A DNA stretch of 64,000 bases from Candidatus Parcubacteria bacterium (GTDB lineage: Bacteria > Patescibacteriota > Minisyncoccia > UBA6257 > 2-01-FULL-56-20), in contig DAHVRZ010000001.1 in the NCBI GenBank assembly GCA_027324805.1, positions 136,254-200,253 on the forward strand, read 5' to 3'. The translations under genes and the position numbers were made by a program. This document shows, piece by piece, positions 9,828-20,492 of this stretch (its first letter is position 1; every line of letters begins with the position of its first letter). Under the pieces are notes generated by a model that did no database searches, was not told the DNA's origin, and saw only the letters and a program-made list of their open reading frames with translations.

Positions 9828-12545
9828 ATGCCAAACTTCCATCGTTTCACCATAAAAGCGCAGGAGGCCCTGCAGAACGCCCAGGAGATCGCTGCAAAAA
9901 AGAATCATGGCGAGCTTAAATCGCTCCACCTGCTCGCCGCCCTTCTTGAGGATGAACAGTCGCTCGTCATTCCGGTGCTCGAACGTTCCGGCGTGGACAT
10001 TGACCGGCTCGACGAACAGATAGAGGAGGAGCTCGACCGCATTCCGCCCATTCTCTCGAATTCGGCGGTCGGCCAGCTATACCTTTCCCAGGAGCTGATG
10101 CGCGTACTCGATCAGGCGGCCAAGGTCGCCGCCCAACAGAAAGATGAATTCGTTTCGTGCGAACATCTTTTGCTCGCGCTCCTTGACGTTCCCGGTGCGG
10201 CCAAGTCCGTGCTCGAGAAGTTCGGCGTGCGCCGGGAGACCGCGTTCCGCGTGCTTGCCCAGCTTCGCGGCTCGGTCCGCGTGACGGACGAAACGCCGGA
10301 AAGCAAATTCCAGGTATTCGAGAAATACGCCATCAACCTCAGCGAGAAGGCAAAAGCCGGCCAATTGGATCCGGTGATCGGACGCGAGGAGGAACTTCGC
10401 CGCCTTATGCAGGTCCTTTCGCGCCGCACCAAGAACAATCCGTGCCTCATCGGCGAACCGGGCGTCGGCAAGACCGCCATCGTGGAGGGTCTCGCCCAGC
10501 GCATCGCGTCGGGCGATGTGCCGGAGCTTTTGAAAGGCAAGCAGGTCCTCATGCTCGACCTTGGATCGCTCATCGCGGGCACCAAGTTCCGCGGGGAGTT
10601 CGAGGATCGCCTGAAGGCGTTCGTGAAGGAGGTCAAGAACGCCGCCGGACAGATCATCCTCTTTATAGACGAGATCCATACGATCGTTGGCGCCGGCGCC
10701 GCCGAAGGCGCGATTGATGCTTCAAATCTGCTCAAGCCGGCCCTCGCGCGCGGCGAATTGCACGCGATCGGCGCCACCACCTTCCGCGAATACCAGAAAT
10801 ATATAGAGAAGGATCCTGCGCTCGAGCGTCGCTTCCAGCCGATCACGGTGGAGGAGCCGTCCATCGAAGATTCGATCTCCATTCTGCGCGGGCTCAAGGA
10901 GAAGTACGAAATCCATCATGGTATGCGCATCAGCGACGAGGCGATCATCGAGGCCGTGAACCTTTCGGCTCGCTATATCACCGACCGGTTCCTTCCGGAC
11001 AAGGCGGTGGACCTTATTGACGAGGCTGCGGCTGCCCGGCGGCTCGAGTCGGAGTCCCTTCCGAAGGAGATTGATAACATCCGCCGCAGCATCACGCGGC
11101 TCGAGGTTGAAAAACAGGCTCTTATGCAGGAAGGGGAGAACGGGCGCAGTGCCGAACGGCTCAAGGAGATCGATGTCCAGCTCGCCAAATGTAAGGATGA
11201 GAACGACGAGCTTTCGAGCAAGTGGCATTCCGAGAAGATCAAATTCGAGACTTTGCACCAGCTGCGGCAGAAGGTGGAGAATCTGAAGCGCGAAGCGGAG
11301 GTTGCCGAACGCGAAGGGAATCTTGAGCGGGTGGCGCAGATCATCTACGGCGAGCTTCCGGTGGCCGAGAAGGATTTTGCCATGTTCGAGAAGAAGAATT
11401 TCGGGACGCCTTCCGCCGCCGCGCGCCGCCGCGCCGCCGCGCATAAAACGGCCGCAGGCACCGATGCCGGCGAGACTCCGTCCGGCCGTTCCGCCGCGTC
11501 CGCTGACCGCTTCCTCAAGGAGGCGGTGGACAAGGAAGACGTTGCCGCGGTCGTGTCGGTATGGACCGGCATTCCCCTGAAGCGCATGCTCGAGACCGAG
11601 ACCGACAAGCTCATCCGCATCGAGGACGTGCTCCGCGAGCGCGTTATCGGGCAGGAGGAAGGCATTTCCGCCGTCGCCGCGGCATTGCGCCGCGCGCGGG
11701 CCGGCCTTTCCGATCTCAACCGCCCCATCGGTTCGTTCATGTTCCTCGGTCCCACGGGAGTCGGCAAGACCGAGCTTGCTCGCGCACTCGCCGAGTTCAT
11801 GTTCAACGACGAAAAAGCGCTCATCCGCGTGGATATGTCGGAATATATGGAGCGCCATGCGACCTCGCGCCTCATCGGTTCGCCGCCGGGCTACGTTGGC
11901 CATGAGGAGGGAGGCCAGCTCACCGAACTCATTCGCCATCGGCCGTACAGCGTCATCCTTTTCGATGAGATCGAGAAGGCGCATCCCGAGGTGTTCAATC
12001 TTCTCCTCCAGGTGCTCGATGACGGCCGCCTCACCGACAGCAAAGGAAAGACGGTGAACTTCAAGAATTCGATCATCATCATGACGTCGAACGTCGGCAG
12101 TCAGTATCTCCGCGCCATGTCGCGCATTGGGTTCAGTTCCGAAAGTTCCGGCTCGACCTCCGAAGAAGGGGATTATAAAGAGAAGGTTATGGATTCGCTC
12201 CGACAGAGCTTCCGGCCTGAGTTCCTGAACCGCATTGACGAGATCGTCGTCTTCAACCCGCTTCACCGGGCGGACATCGAGAAAATCGTGAATATCCAGC
12301 TTTCGCGCATCGAAAACCAGCTCAATGAGCGCAATATCCGCCTCGATATAGGCACCGATGCCCGTGCTTATCTTGCGAAGGAGGGTTTCAGCGCCGAATT
12401 CGGCGCCCGGCCTCTCAAGCGGCTCATCCAGAAAATGATCCTCGATCGTCTTGCCGATAAGATCATCCGCGGGGAAGTGAAAGAGGGGGGCAAGATAAAG
12501 GTGGGATTCAAGGCTGACGTGCTCACCTTCACTTCCGGAAGGTAA
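9828..12545 (+). CDS. clpB: ClpB disaggregase chaperone (AAA+, two nucleotide-binding domains, coiled-coil M domain).
   Basis: N-terminal domain repeats. NBD1 [21 protein letters not shown]2 [19 protein letters not shown], and a long coiled coil in between. 905 aa. Confidence 0.95.
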   Translation: MPNFHRFTIKAQEALQNAQEIAAKKNHGELKSLHLLAALLEDEQSLVIPVLERSGVDIDRLDEQIEEELDRIPPILSNSAVGQLYLSQELMRVLDQAAKVAAQQKDEFVSCEHLLLALLDVPGAAKSVLEKFGVRRETAFRVLAQLRGSVRVTDETPESKFQVFEKYAINLSEKAKAGQLDPVIGREEELRRLMQVLSRRTKNNPCLIGEPGVGKTAIVEGLAQRIASGDVPELLKGKQVLMLDLGSLIAGTKFRGEFEDRLKAFVKEVKNAAGQIILFIDEIHTIVGAGAAEGAIDASNLLKPALARGELHAIGATTFREYQKYIEKDPALERRFQPITVEEPSIEDSISILRGLKEKYEIHHGMRISDEAIIEAVNLSARYITDRFLPDKAVDLIDEAAAARRLESESLPKEIDNIRRSITRLEVEKQALMQEGENGRSAERLKEIDVQLAKCKDENDELSSKWHSEKIKFETLHQLRQKVENLKREAEVAEREGNLERVAQIIYGELPVAEKDFAMFEKKNFGTPSAAARRRAAAHKTAAGTDAGETPSGRSAASADRFLKEAVDKEDVAAVVSVWTGIPLKRMLETETDKLIRIEDVLRERVIGQEEGISAVAAALRRARAGLSDLNRPIGSFMFLGPTGVGKTELARALAEFMFNDEKALIRVDMSEYMERHATSRLIGSPPGYVGHEEGGQLTELIRHRPYSVILFDEIEKAHPEVFNLLLQVLDDGRLTDSKGKTVNFKNSIIIMTSNVGSQYLRAMSRIGFSSESSGSTSEEGDYKEKVMDSLRQSFRPEFLNRIDEIVVFNPLHRADIEKIVNIQLSRIENQLNERNIRLDIGTDARAYLAKEGFSAEFGARPLKRLIQKMILDRLADKIIRGEVKEGGKIKVGFKADVLTFTSGR

Positions 12546-12560
12546 TATCCCGTGCCATAA

Positions 12561-12600
12561 ACGCAAAAATCCCAACTATTTTTTGGGATTTTTGCGTTTT
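12561..12600 (+). terminator. Rho-independent terminator after clpB: 15-bp perfect stem (ACGCAAAAATCCCAA / TTGGGATTTTTGCGT) followed by a T-run.
   Basis: Hairpin read directly from the sequence. Confidence 0.75.
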
Positions 12601-12634
12601 GGGGTAAGGAGCCGGCGGGGTTATAATTCTAGGA

Positions 12635-13384
12635 ATGCTTTCCAAGCTTAAAGAGCGTTTTTGGTCCTTGCGCGGCACCATCATCCGTGCCGCGATCTTC
12701 GCCCTGGCGTGGGGGGTTTTCCCTTTCTGGCTTTTTCTCCTTGTCGCTCTTTATCTTTTCTTTGTGCCGCCGGCACAGGCGGGGACGGTCATTGTGCCGT
12801 TCATCGTTCTTATGAGTCTCGCGTTCTTCTCTCCGACGGGTTTCCTTATGGCCGCCGTATTCGGCCTGCTCTTCTGGTATATCCTCCTCATAAAAGAGCT
12901 CTATCTCATTGACCGCAAAGTGGCCTATGAAACGCTCTTACTCGTTCTCATATTCCTTATGTTCCGGCTATTCTATGAGCTGTTGGGGGCGGGATTCGCC
13001 ATGCCGGCGTCTTTCCTGTTCGCCATCCTTATTGCAGGCGCGTCCGGATTTCTTTTTTCGAGCTTTGTAAGGCTTTTTGGGTCCGGTGAAGAGACCAATA
13101 CTGACGAAGGATCGGCGGCGAGGGTCCGCGCGAGACAGCTCCATCGGGCCGCCTCCGGTGCAATCTCCTTCCTTATATTTGAAACCCTGCTTATGGGCCT
13201 CTTCCTCCCGCTCGACTTTGTATATCAAACCATCATCACGTTTGTTTTTGCGGCGTTTACGCTCGATCTTGCCTCCCGCCATCTCGTGGAAGGTTCCCTG
13301 CCGCGCGAGCGGATTCTCGTCGTTTCGAGTACCGCCTTCGCCCTTCTCGTCATCATTCTGAGCTCCGCACGTTGGGGGTTGTAG
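12635..13384 (+). CDS. Hypothetical polytopic membrane protein.
   Basis: About 6 hydrophobic helices and no recognisable motif. TATAAT lies 7 nt upstream of the ATG. Confidence 0.5.
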   Translation: MLSKLKERFWSLRGTIIRAAIFALAWGVFPFWLFLLVALYLFFVPPAQAGTVIVPFIVLMSLAFFSPTGFLMAAVFGLLFWYILLIKELYLIDRKVAYETLLLVLIFLMFRLFYELLGAGFAMPASFLFAILIAGASGFLFSSFVRLFGSGEETNTDEGSAARVRARQLHRAASGAISFLIFETLLMGLFLPLDFVYQTIITFVFAAFTLDLASRHLVEGSLPRERILVVSSTAFALLVIILSSARWGL

Positions 13385-13459
13385 GGCCTTTGCGGCCAAC
13401 GCGTTGCCTGTTTCGGGCGCATAACTCCCGCGTCGACCCTTTGTTATAATTGAAAGACC

Positions 13460-14278
13460 ATGAAAAAAGTAACTACACTCGTGCTCCCCATTGCGGGACT
13501 CGGCAAGCGGCTCATGCCGCTCACGAAAAGGACCCCCAAAAACCTCGTGTGCGTGAACGGTAAACCCCTCATTGAATACGTACTCGAAGAGGCGGTCGCC
13601 GCCGGCATAAAGAAGGTAGTGCTCATCGTGAATCCGAAGCATCTCGCCGATTTCAACCGGTATGTGAAATCGGCAAAGCACCGTTTTTCGTCGCTTGCGT
13701 TCACGGTGCGGATCCAGCCGACGCCCGGCGGCAACGGCCATGCGATCGCACAGGCTCACGACATCATAAAGAACGAGCCGTTTGCGGTACGCTTCTGCGA
13801 CGACATTCTTTTCACCGAAGATGAGACGCCCGGCGCGCTCATGTCGCTCATCAACGCATTTTCCCGGATGAAAGGTTCGATGAAAAGCATGGTGCTTCTC
13901 GAACGGGTGCCGAAGGAAATGGTCTCGCGCTTCGGCGTGGTGGGGATCGAACGTTCGAGCAAGGCATCCGTGGACGGTGGTAAGGTATATCGCGTGACGA
14001 AGATCGTCGAGAAGCCGGCAGTGAAGGACGCGCCGTCGAACCTCACGATCGTCGGAGGATATGTGTTCACTCCGGACGTCGTGCGCAATCTTAAAATGGT
14101 TTCCGATACCCTGCCGGTCGTTGCCGATGATGCGTTGCCGGTCGCGGTCGCGATCCAGATGCAGATCGCAATGAAGGGCAATGTCTATGGCTGGGAATTT
14201 CCGGGAATGCGTCTTGATTGCGGCACGCTCGAGAAGCTGCAACAGTCGGAGGAATTCCTTAAAGCGGCAAACGGCTAG
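13460..14278 (+). CDS. galU: Sugar-1-phosphate nucleotidyltransferase, most likely UTP-glucose-1-phosphate uridylyltransferase.
   Basis: N-terminal LPIAGLGKRLMPLTKRTPKNLVCVNGKPLIEY matches the GalU-type G-x-G-T-R-x-L-P motif. Confidence 0.7.
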   Translation: MKKVTTLVLPIAGLGKRLMPLTKRTPKNLVCVNGKPLIEYVLEEAVAAGIKKVVLIVNPKHLADFNRYVKSAKHRFSSLAFTVRIQPTPGGNGHAIAQAHDIIKNEPFAVRFCDDILFTEDETPGALMSLINAFSRMKGSMKSMVLLERVPKEMVSRFGVVGIERSSKASVDGGKVYRVTKIVEKPAVKDAPSNLTIVGGYVFTPDVVRNLKMVSDTLPVVADDALPVAVAIQMQIAMKGNVYGWEFPGMRLDCGTLEKLQQSEEFLKAANG

Positions 14279-14318
14279 ACTTGCTTTTGCCGCATTTCCG
14301 TGTTATTCTTTGCCCATT

Positions 14319-15071
14319 ATGAGCGAGAACGGCAAGGATCGTTTCGTCTTCACAAAGTCCTATGAGATCGCCTACGCACTGTTCCGTATTGCCGGAACGT
14401 TGCAGGAACATGACTTTGCCGAAAGGCTTCGCGCTGCCGCGGGCGGCCTCCTTGAGGCGGCTGCACTTCAGGATCATCCGGCAACCCGCCGGTCCCTGCA
14501 GTCCATCGAGTGTTTCATAAAATTTGCGGGCGACGTCAATCTCCTCGCTCCGGCCAATGCCGATACCATCCTCCGGGAGGTCTATCTTCTTGATGCCGCA
14601 ACCGTCGAACGGGTGAACTCGGCACGTTCGACGGCGAACGGCATAGACCTTTCCGAAATATTTTCCCATACCGGCAGTGCGGATATGCGGTCTTCGGATC
14701 CGCAATCCTTCGAACAGCAAGCGTATCCCGTTTCACCTGGCGACGATGCGGAAATCAATGCGGCAAAAGGCAATGCGGCAACAATAATAGAGGAAGCGAA
14801 AGAGCACGGTTTTATCAAGTCCGAAATGCGGCAATCGGCAATCATTGAACGAATACGGCAATACGGCAATTGCCGATTGAAGGATATTCAGGAGATCCTG
14901 CCGGGGTGCAGCGAACGCACCATCCGTTACGATCTACAATCTCTCATCGAGCGTAACCTCATCGAACGCATGGGTGCGGGAGGTCCGGCAGTCACCTACC
15001 GGATGCGGCAAATGATGACGAACGGAGTAGGAGGGGGAGTGGATCAAAATACCCCCGAAGGGATGGGGTAA
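14319..15071 (+). CDS. Hypothetical protein with a C-terminal DeoR-like winged-helix HTH; putative regulator.
   Basis: C-terminus IIERIRQYGNCRLKDIQEILPGCSERTIRYDLQSLIERNLIE resembles a DeoR-type HTH. The ATG at 14319 was chosen because the track start at 14181 overlaps galU. Confidence 0.45.
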   Translation: MSENGKDRFVFTKSYEIAYALFRIAGTLQEHDFAERLRAAAGGLLEAAALQDHPATRRSLQSIECFIKFAGDVNLLAPANADTILREVYLLDAATVERVNSARSTANGIDLSEIFSHTGSADMRSSDPQSFEQQAYPVSPGDDAEINAAKGNAATIIEEAKEHGFIKSEMRQSAIIERIRQYGNCRLKDIQEILPGCSERTIRYDLQSLIERNLIERMGAGGPAVTYRMRQMMTNGVGGGVDQNTPEGMG

Positions 15072-15223
15072 CCTTTCTCCCGGGGCGGCGTTGTATTTAG
15101 TGCGAATTCGGGAGTTTTGGAGACGGCTTGTCCACACCCTTTTTCGCGAATAGTCGGTATAATTGAACATGTAGTATCGGTTTGGTGTGAGGCCGAACCG
15201 GAATGAGGATTGAGAGTTTTGTG

Positions 15224-15275
15224 AGTAGTGAAGATTGCGGACGCAACTATGAGCGCGTCCATAATCTCCACTACT
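15224..15275 (+). other. Long imperfect hairpin: 13-bp outer arms AGTAGTGAAGATT / AATCTCCACTACT with one A·C mismatch, an 8-bp inner stem GCGGACGC / GCGCGTCC, and an 8-nt loop. It sits in the 470-nt leader upstream of the giant surface-protein gene.
   Basis: Read directly from the sequence. No T-run follows, so it is not a classical terminator. Confidence 0.4.
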
Positions 15276-15545
15276 TACTTCTGTCATTCATTATTCCCTT
15301 GTGCCTCGCCCGACCGGCGAGGTTCTTCTTTATTTTGTAATAACCCCGTAGCCGTCATACTCTCTCCTCTATTTTGTCCCGCGGGTCCTCACCCCGCCCG
15401 ACACCTTATCAGAGAGCGATATGCCGGAGACGGCGACCAGAAACAAAAATGAAATCATACAAAAGGTCGACGTCCAGGGCTCCGTACGACAGCAAGACGG
15501 ATCCCAGGTCGATAACTCAAATCAAAGTTCGAAATTAAATACACA

Positions 15546-18500
15546 ATGAGCATAAACAAAAAGTTGGTTTCAGCCGCACTTACGGCCACCACGATTCTGT
15601 GGGCGGTCGGCGCGGCCGCGCTTCCTGTTGTGAATGCCCAGACGACGACCACGGCCAATCTTACGGCTTTGATCGCGTCTTTGCAGCAACAGATCGCAGC
15701 CCTCACTGCACAGCTGAATGCCAAGACGGGGACCTCCACTGCGTCCACCGGTTCGTCCTATGCCTTCGGTACCACTGACCTCACCATTGGTTCCCGCGGC
15801 GCTGGCGTGACGGTGCTCCAGCAGTTCCTCATCGATCAGGGCGACCTGACCGTGGTCTCGGCTCCGACGGGCTACTTTGGTACTGCTACCCAAGCCGCTC
15901 TCGCGAAGTTCCAGGCCGCGAATGGCATTAAGCCTGCATCGGGTTTCTATGGTCCGATCACTCGCGCTTTCCTCGCGAAGTATCAGACCTCTTCCTCGAC
16001 TGGCACCTCGACTGGCACCGGCACCGGTACCGGCACGGGTTCCACGACGGGCACAACGGCTCCGGCAACGGGCCTTCAGGTGAGCTTGGCTTCCGATAAC
16101 CCGGCGGCCGGTTCCTTGGTTTCTTCCGCTAATGGTAGCGGCGGCGGTTCGGCTGCCCGCATTCCGGTTCTCGCCTTCAACTTGTCGGCGGGTAACTCGG
16201 GTGCAGCGACCGTTTCGCAGTTGGTCTTCCAGAAGACGGGTGTCGTTTCTGACGCGGCGATCTCGAATGCCTACTTGGTCCAGAACGGCCAGGTGGTCGC
16301 TCAGTACGCTTCGCTCTCGAGCGGCGTTCTTACCTTCTCCGGCTTGAATCTTTCGATCCCGGCCGGTCAGACGCAGGAATTCCAGCTCGCAGTTGGTCTC
16401 TCGAGCGGCTCGGCTTCGGCTGGTAACACCGTGGGCTTCTCGCTCCCGGCTGCCACCAGCGTGACCGCGTTCGGCTCGAATAACTCGGCGATCACTGCGA
16501 CGGGCAACTTCCCGATGAACGGCAACATGTTCACGGTGACGACCGTCAACAATCCTCCGCTCGCAACCCTCACTGTCCAATCGTCCTCGATCGGCACGAC
16601 GGTGACTGCGGGTACGCAGGGTAACATTGTTGGTGCTTATAATTTCTCTGTCGGCATCAATCCGGTATACCTTCAGAACGTCAACTTCCATGTTATCGGT
16701 TCTGCGAATGACGCGAACATCCAGAACGTGAAGCTGATGGTCAATGGTACGCAGTTCGGCCAGACGCTTTCCGCGGTTCCCGCGAACGGCATGGCTGATT
16801 TCTCCGGCAGCGTTAAGCTCAATAGCGGCGCCAACAATGTGCAGGTTGTGGCTGACGTGATGGGTTCCCCGAACATGAACTTCCAGTTCGAGGTCCTCAA
16901 CAGCTACGATGTGCTCGCGGTTGACAGCCAGTACAACGTTCCGATCTCGGTGACCAACACCGGTGGTACGGATCCGTCTGAACTGGTGAGCATCCAGGCC
17001 GGTCAGATCACGATGAGCCAGGATTCGGGTACCCCGACGGGCAATATCTCGAAGGGTATGTCGAATGTGACTCTCGCGAAATACGACCTCTATGCGGCGG
17101 GTGAGCCGGTCAAGGTCCAGTACCTCGACTTCAACATTGCGCTTGGTACTCCTGGTGCTAATACGACGTTGAGCAACGAAATCCAGAGCGTTTCGCTCGT
17201 GGATGACGCCGGCAATCAGGTTGGTACGACGATCACGACGCCTCCTTCCAGCAACAGCTGTCAGGCGGGCACCGCGGCGTATAGCTATAACAGTACGACC
17301 ACGGTCGGTACCTACAACGATTGCTTCGGTTCGCCTTCTTCGCCGATCAATTATATTGTTCCGGCGAACACGACCCGTGTGTTGAGCCTCAAGGCCAACA
17401 TCCAGTCAACGGCGGACTTCTCGACGATCACTGCCAACTTGACGGGTAACACCAACAACCTCCAGGGTCAGATCTCCAGCAAGACCGCCAGCACCGGCGC
17501 CGTAAGCGGCGTCTCGCTGACGCTCGTGAGCTCGAGTCTCACTCCGGCGGTGAACAATGCTCTCGGCAATCAGAGCGTGTCGGCGGGTACCACGAACCTC
17601 AAAGTCGGTTCGTACTCGCTCAGCGCTTCGTCGGCTGAGGGTGTCAACGTGAACACGGTGAGCGTCAAGCTCACACCGGGTACCACCACGTGGAATGGTA
17701 ATGCCGCTGCGTTCCAGAACCTCAAACTGTTCGTCAATGGCGCACAGTTCGGTACGACGCAGGGCGTTCTTAGCCCGGGTGCGACCTACGTGTTCTCGGG
17801 TTCCCCGATCAACATTCCGGCGGGTCAGACGGTGAACGTCGATGTGTATGCGGATACCTTGTCGAATGCGACGGGTACCTATGCACACGCGACGGGTCTC
17901 ACCGGCTACACAGGCACCGGCCAGGTCTCGTATGACTCGGTCACGTATTCCAACGAGCTTGATGGACAGCAGATCAGCTTCAGCGGCCAGCCGGCGCTGT
18001 CGGTTGCTGCTGACTCCAGCAATCCTCCTTCTGGTGTGATCGCGCAGAACACGACCGGCAATTCGCTCGCGGTATTCCGCTTCTCGGAAACCTCGAACGT
18101 CGAGGCAGTAAAGGTGACGCAGATGAACATCACGGAAGCGGTGTCGTCCTCGTCCGCGAACTTCAGCAACCTCCAGCTCTACAATGGCTCGACGTTGCTT
18201 GGTACCGCGAATGCGCCTACCTTGACCGCCACGAACACCTGGACCTACGTGTTCAGCAGCTTCTCCAACGCGTTGATCGTCCCGCAGGGCGGTTCGGTCT
18301 CGCTTACCCTCAAGGGTGATGCGGGCTCGTACACCGGCGGTTCGATCGCTGACAACTCGACCTCGACCTTCTCGATCGCCACTTCTTCGATCATTGCGCG
18401 CGGCGCTACGTCGAACAAGACGGCCACGGTGAGCGGTTCGGCTTCGGGTAACGTCATGACGGTGTTGAGGAGCACTGAGACGGTTGCGGGCAGCCTTGTG

Positions 18501-18938
18501 ACCAGCTTGCCTCCGGCGAGCTTCCAGCAGATCGGTGGTTTCACGATCACCTCGAATGCTGCCGGTGACACGGTTCCGTCCTCGACCACACTGACCTTCA
18601 ACAGCACTGCCTCTACGACATTCTTGAACACGGTCGTCTTGCACGACGTGAACGGGAATGCGCTCACTGGCACTGCTTCCGGCACGGCGATCACGTTCCA
18701 CATTCCGTCCTCGTACGTAGTGACGGCGGGTAGCTCTTACACCTTCACGATTTGGGGTGATTTGAGCCAGATCCCGTCTGCAGCCAATGCGGCCCAGTCG
18801 CTCACGGCGCAGATCAAGGCCAACACTGACTACACGTACCTCGATGGTTCAACGAACGGTTCTACGGTCAATCTCCCGACGGTCGTGGTTCCGATCACGG
18901 TCGTCAGCTTGACCAGCCCGGTCGGCGGTCAGTTCTAG
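15546..18938 (+). CDS. Giant secreted cell-surface protein: signal peptide, short coiled coil, peptidoglycan-binding domain (PG_binding_1), then at least six degenerate ~150-aa beta-rich repeats.
   Basis: PG-binding motif GAGVTVLQQFLIDQGDL...GYFGTATQAALAKFQAANGI. A TG-repeat linker STGTSTGTGTGTGTGS. Recurring VKLMVNGTQFG / LKLFVNGAQFG / LQLYNGSTLLG modules. The protein is Thr/Ser/Asn/Gly-rich. Confidence 0.7.
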   Translation: MSINKKLVSAALTATTILWAVGAAALPVVNAQTTTTANLTALIASLQQQIAALTAQLNAKTGTSTASTGSSYAFGTTDLTIGSRGAGVTVLQQFLIDQGDLTVVSAPTGYFGTATQAALAKFQAANGIKPASGFYGPITRAFLAKYQTSSSTGTSTGTGTGTGTGSTTGTTAPATGLQVSLASDNPAAGSLVSSANGSGGGSAARIPVLAFNLSAGNSGAATVSQLVFQKTGVVSDAAISNAYLVQNGQVVAQYASLSSGVLTFSGLNLSIPAGQTQEFQLAVGLSSGSASAGNTVGFSLPAATSVTAFGSNNSAITATGNFPMNGNMFTVTTVNNPPLATLTVQSSSIGTTVTAGTQGNIVGAYNFSVGINPVYLQNVNFHVIGSANDANIQNVKLMVNGTQFGQTLSAVPANGMADFSGSVKLNSGANNVQVVADVMGSPNMNFQFEVLNSYDVLAVDSQYNVPISVTNTGGTDPSELVSIQAGQITMSQDSGTPTGNISKGMSNVTLAKYDLYAAGEPVKVQYLDFNIALGTPGANTTLSNEIQSVSLVDDAGNQVGTTITTPPSSNSCQAGTAAYSYNSTTTVGTYNDCFGSPSSPINYIVPANTTRVLSLKANIQSTADFSTITANLTGNTNNLQGQISSKTASTGAVSGVSLTLVSSSLTPAVNNALGNQSVSAGTTNLKVGSYSLSASSAEGVNVNTVSVKLTPGTTTWNGNAAAFQNLKLFVNGAQFGTTQGVLSPGATYVFSGSPINIPAGQTVNVDVYADTLSNATGTYAHATGLTGYTGTGQVSYDSVTYSNELDGQQISFSGQPALSVAADSSNPPSGVIAQNTTGNSLAVFRFSETSNVEAVKVTQMNITEAVSSSSANFSNLQLYNGSTLLGTANAPTLTATNTWTYVFSSFSNALIVPQGGSVSLTLKGDAGSYTGGSIADNSTSTFSIATSSIIARGATSNKTATVSGSASGNVMTVLRSTETVAGSLVTSLPPASFQQIGGFTITSNAAGDTVPSSTTLTFNSTASTTFLNTVVLHDVNGNALTGTASGTAITFHIPSSYVVTAGSSYTFTIWGDLSQIPSAANAAQSLTAQIKANTDYTYLDGSTNGSTVNLPTVVVPITVVSLTSPVGGQF

Positions 18939-18984
18939 CCTAACGGCATCCTCGCGCTTCGCTTGTGACGTTGCGCAGGACGAA

Positions 18985-19019
18985 AACCCCCTCCCTTCGG
19001 GAGGGGGTTTTCATTTTCT
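18985..19019 (+). terminator. Rho-independent terminator AAAACCCCCTCCC-TTCG-GGAGGGGGTTTTCATTTTC.
   Basis: Hairpin followed by a T-run. Confidence 0.8.
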
Positions 19020-19049
19020 TTGACGGAGAGGAACGGTCCCTTTTCGGCA

Positions 19050-20351
19050 ATGCGCTATAATAAATCCATGACATATCCAAAGGCTTGGCTTGGCGGACTC
19101 GCGATCATCGCAGGCATCGGTTTTTTGGGTTTTGTTCCCGGAAACTTCGCCGCCGCTCAATCGGTGTCGCCGCTTGCGCCCTCGGGTGTTTCAGTATCCC
19201 TCACGCCTCCATTTTCGGTTGCAATCTCGTGGTCTGCGCCGGTGGCCAGCACAACGCCGATTACCGGATATTACGTCTATCGAAACGGCGCCACGGTGGC
19301 GAATGTCGCCGGGACTTCCTTTAACGACACCGTGCCTTCCGCAGGTTTTTATTCTTATGCGATTGCCGCACATGATGCGAACGGCAATGCTTTTTCGCGA
19401 TCCGCATCCGTTTCGGTCTCGGTGGTCGCCGACACCACTCCGCCTACGGCACCGACAGGCTTAACAGTTTCTTCCCTTACGTCATCATCCATTGCGCTTT
19501 CATGGAACGCCGCAACCGATAATGTCGGTGTCGTGGGTTATAATGTGGTTCGCAGAAATAATCTGGGCGCCGCGGTCACGATACCCGTCACGGCGACGAG
19601 CTATACGGACAGCGGTCTTTCGCCGAATACTGCATATTCCTATCACGTTGTTGCCTATGACGCCGCCGGAAATGATTCGGGGGCTTCAAATGTGATCACC
19701 GTGACCACCCTGCCGCTTTCATTTGTCGTCTCGACGCCGTACAATCTTACGGCAACCGCGGTTTCGACGAGCGGGATCAATGTTTCATGGAATGCATCCA
19801 TGGATGTTTCGGGGACCCCGGAATATTATCTTTTCCGCAATGGGGCACTTGTCGTAACGACGACCGCGACATCGTACAATGACGGCGGCCTCAATCCCGG
19901 AACGGTGTATTGGTACTATGCAATCGCGGTCGACCCATCATCTCAGAATAGTTCCGGGGAAAGCAATATGTCTCAGACGAGCACCTTGCCATTGCCTGTA
20001 GCCATCATTTCTTCTGCCGTCACCGCCACAACCACTACTTCGGTCGCTACATCGTCTCCTGTTGTCACTGCCCCTTCCTCGGTATCGACTGCGCCCGCCG
20101 TTCCTGCGGCGGCGCTTTCCGCGACCCTTTTCTACGGCATCAAGAATGCTCAAGTGACCGCCCTACAGGCAATGCTCATACAAAAAGGATTTTTGGGCTC
20201 CCAGTATGCGACCGGATTCTTCGGTTTGCTTACGGAAAAGGCTGTCCGTGATTTTCAGTGCGCGCAAAGTATCGTCTGTTCCGGTACTCCTGCGACCACC
20301 GGTTGGGGGGTCGTCGGTCCGAAGACACGCAAGGCTCTTGCGGCAGGATAA
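19050..20351 (+). CDS. Secreted protein with fibronectin type III repeats and a C-terminal peptidoglycan-binding domain.
   Basis: Signal peptide. Repeated PTAPTGLTVSSLTSSSIALSWNA...GYNVVR Fn3 signatures. C-terminal PG_binding_1 LQAMLIQKGFL...GFFGLLTEKAVRDFQ. The track start at 19020 is a TTG; ATG 19050 or 19068 is preferred. Confidence 0.7.
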   Translation: MRYNKSMTYPKAWLGGLAIIAGIGFLGFVPGNFAAAQSVSPLAPSGVSVSLTPPFSVAISWSAPVASTTPITGYYVYRNGATVANVAGTSFNDTVPSAGFYSYAIAAHDANGNAFSRSASVSVSVVADTTPPTAPTGLTVSSLTSSSIALSWNAATDNVGVVGYNVVRRNNLGAAVTIPVTATSYTDSGLSPNTAYSYHVVAYDAAGNDSGASNVITVTTLPLSFVVSTPYNLTATAVSTSGINVSWNASMDVSGTPEYYLFRNGALVVTTTATSYNDGGLNPGTVYWYYAIAVDPSSQNSSGESNMSQTSTLPLPVAIISSAVTATTTTSVATSSPVVTAPSSVSTAPAVPAAALSATLFYGIKNAQVTALQAMLIQKGFLGSQYATGFFGLLTEKAVRDFQCAQSIVCSGTPATTGWGVVGPKTRKALAAG

Positions 20352-20492
20352 CGGCGAATAGGGAGGATCTTTTGGTCCGCGAAGAACCCCATTCTCCGCT
20401 TGTATTTGATTTTCCTATGTTTTTGCTATAATGGAATGGCATAGCACTTCGCAAAGGTCGGAAAAATCAGCGTTTTTAAGCGATATACTTTT

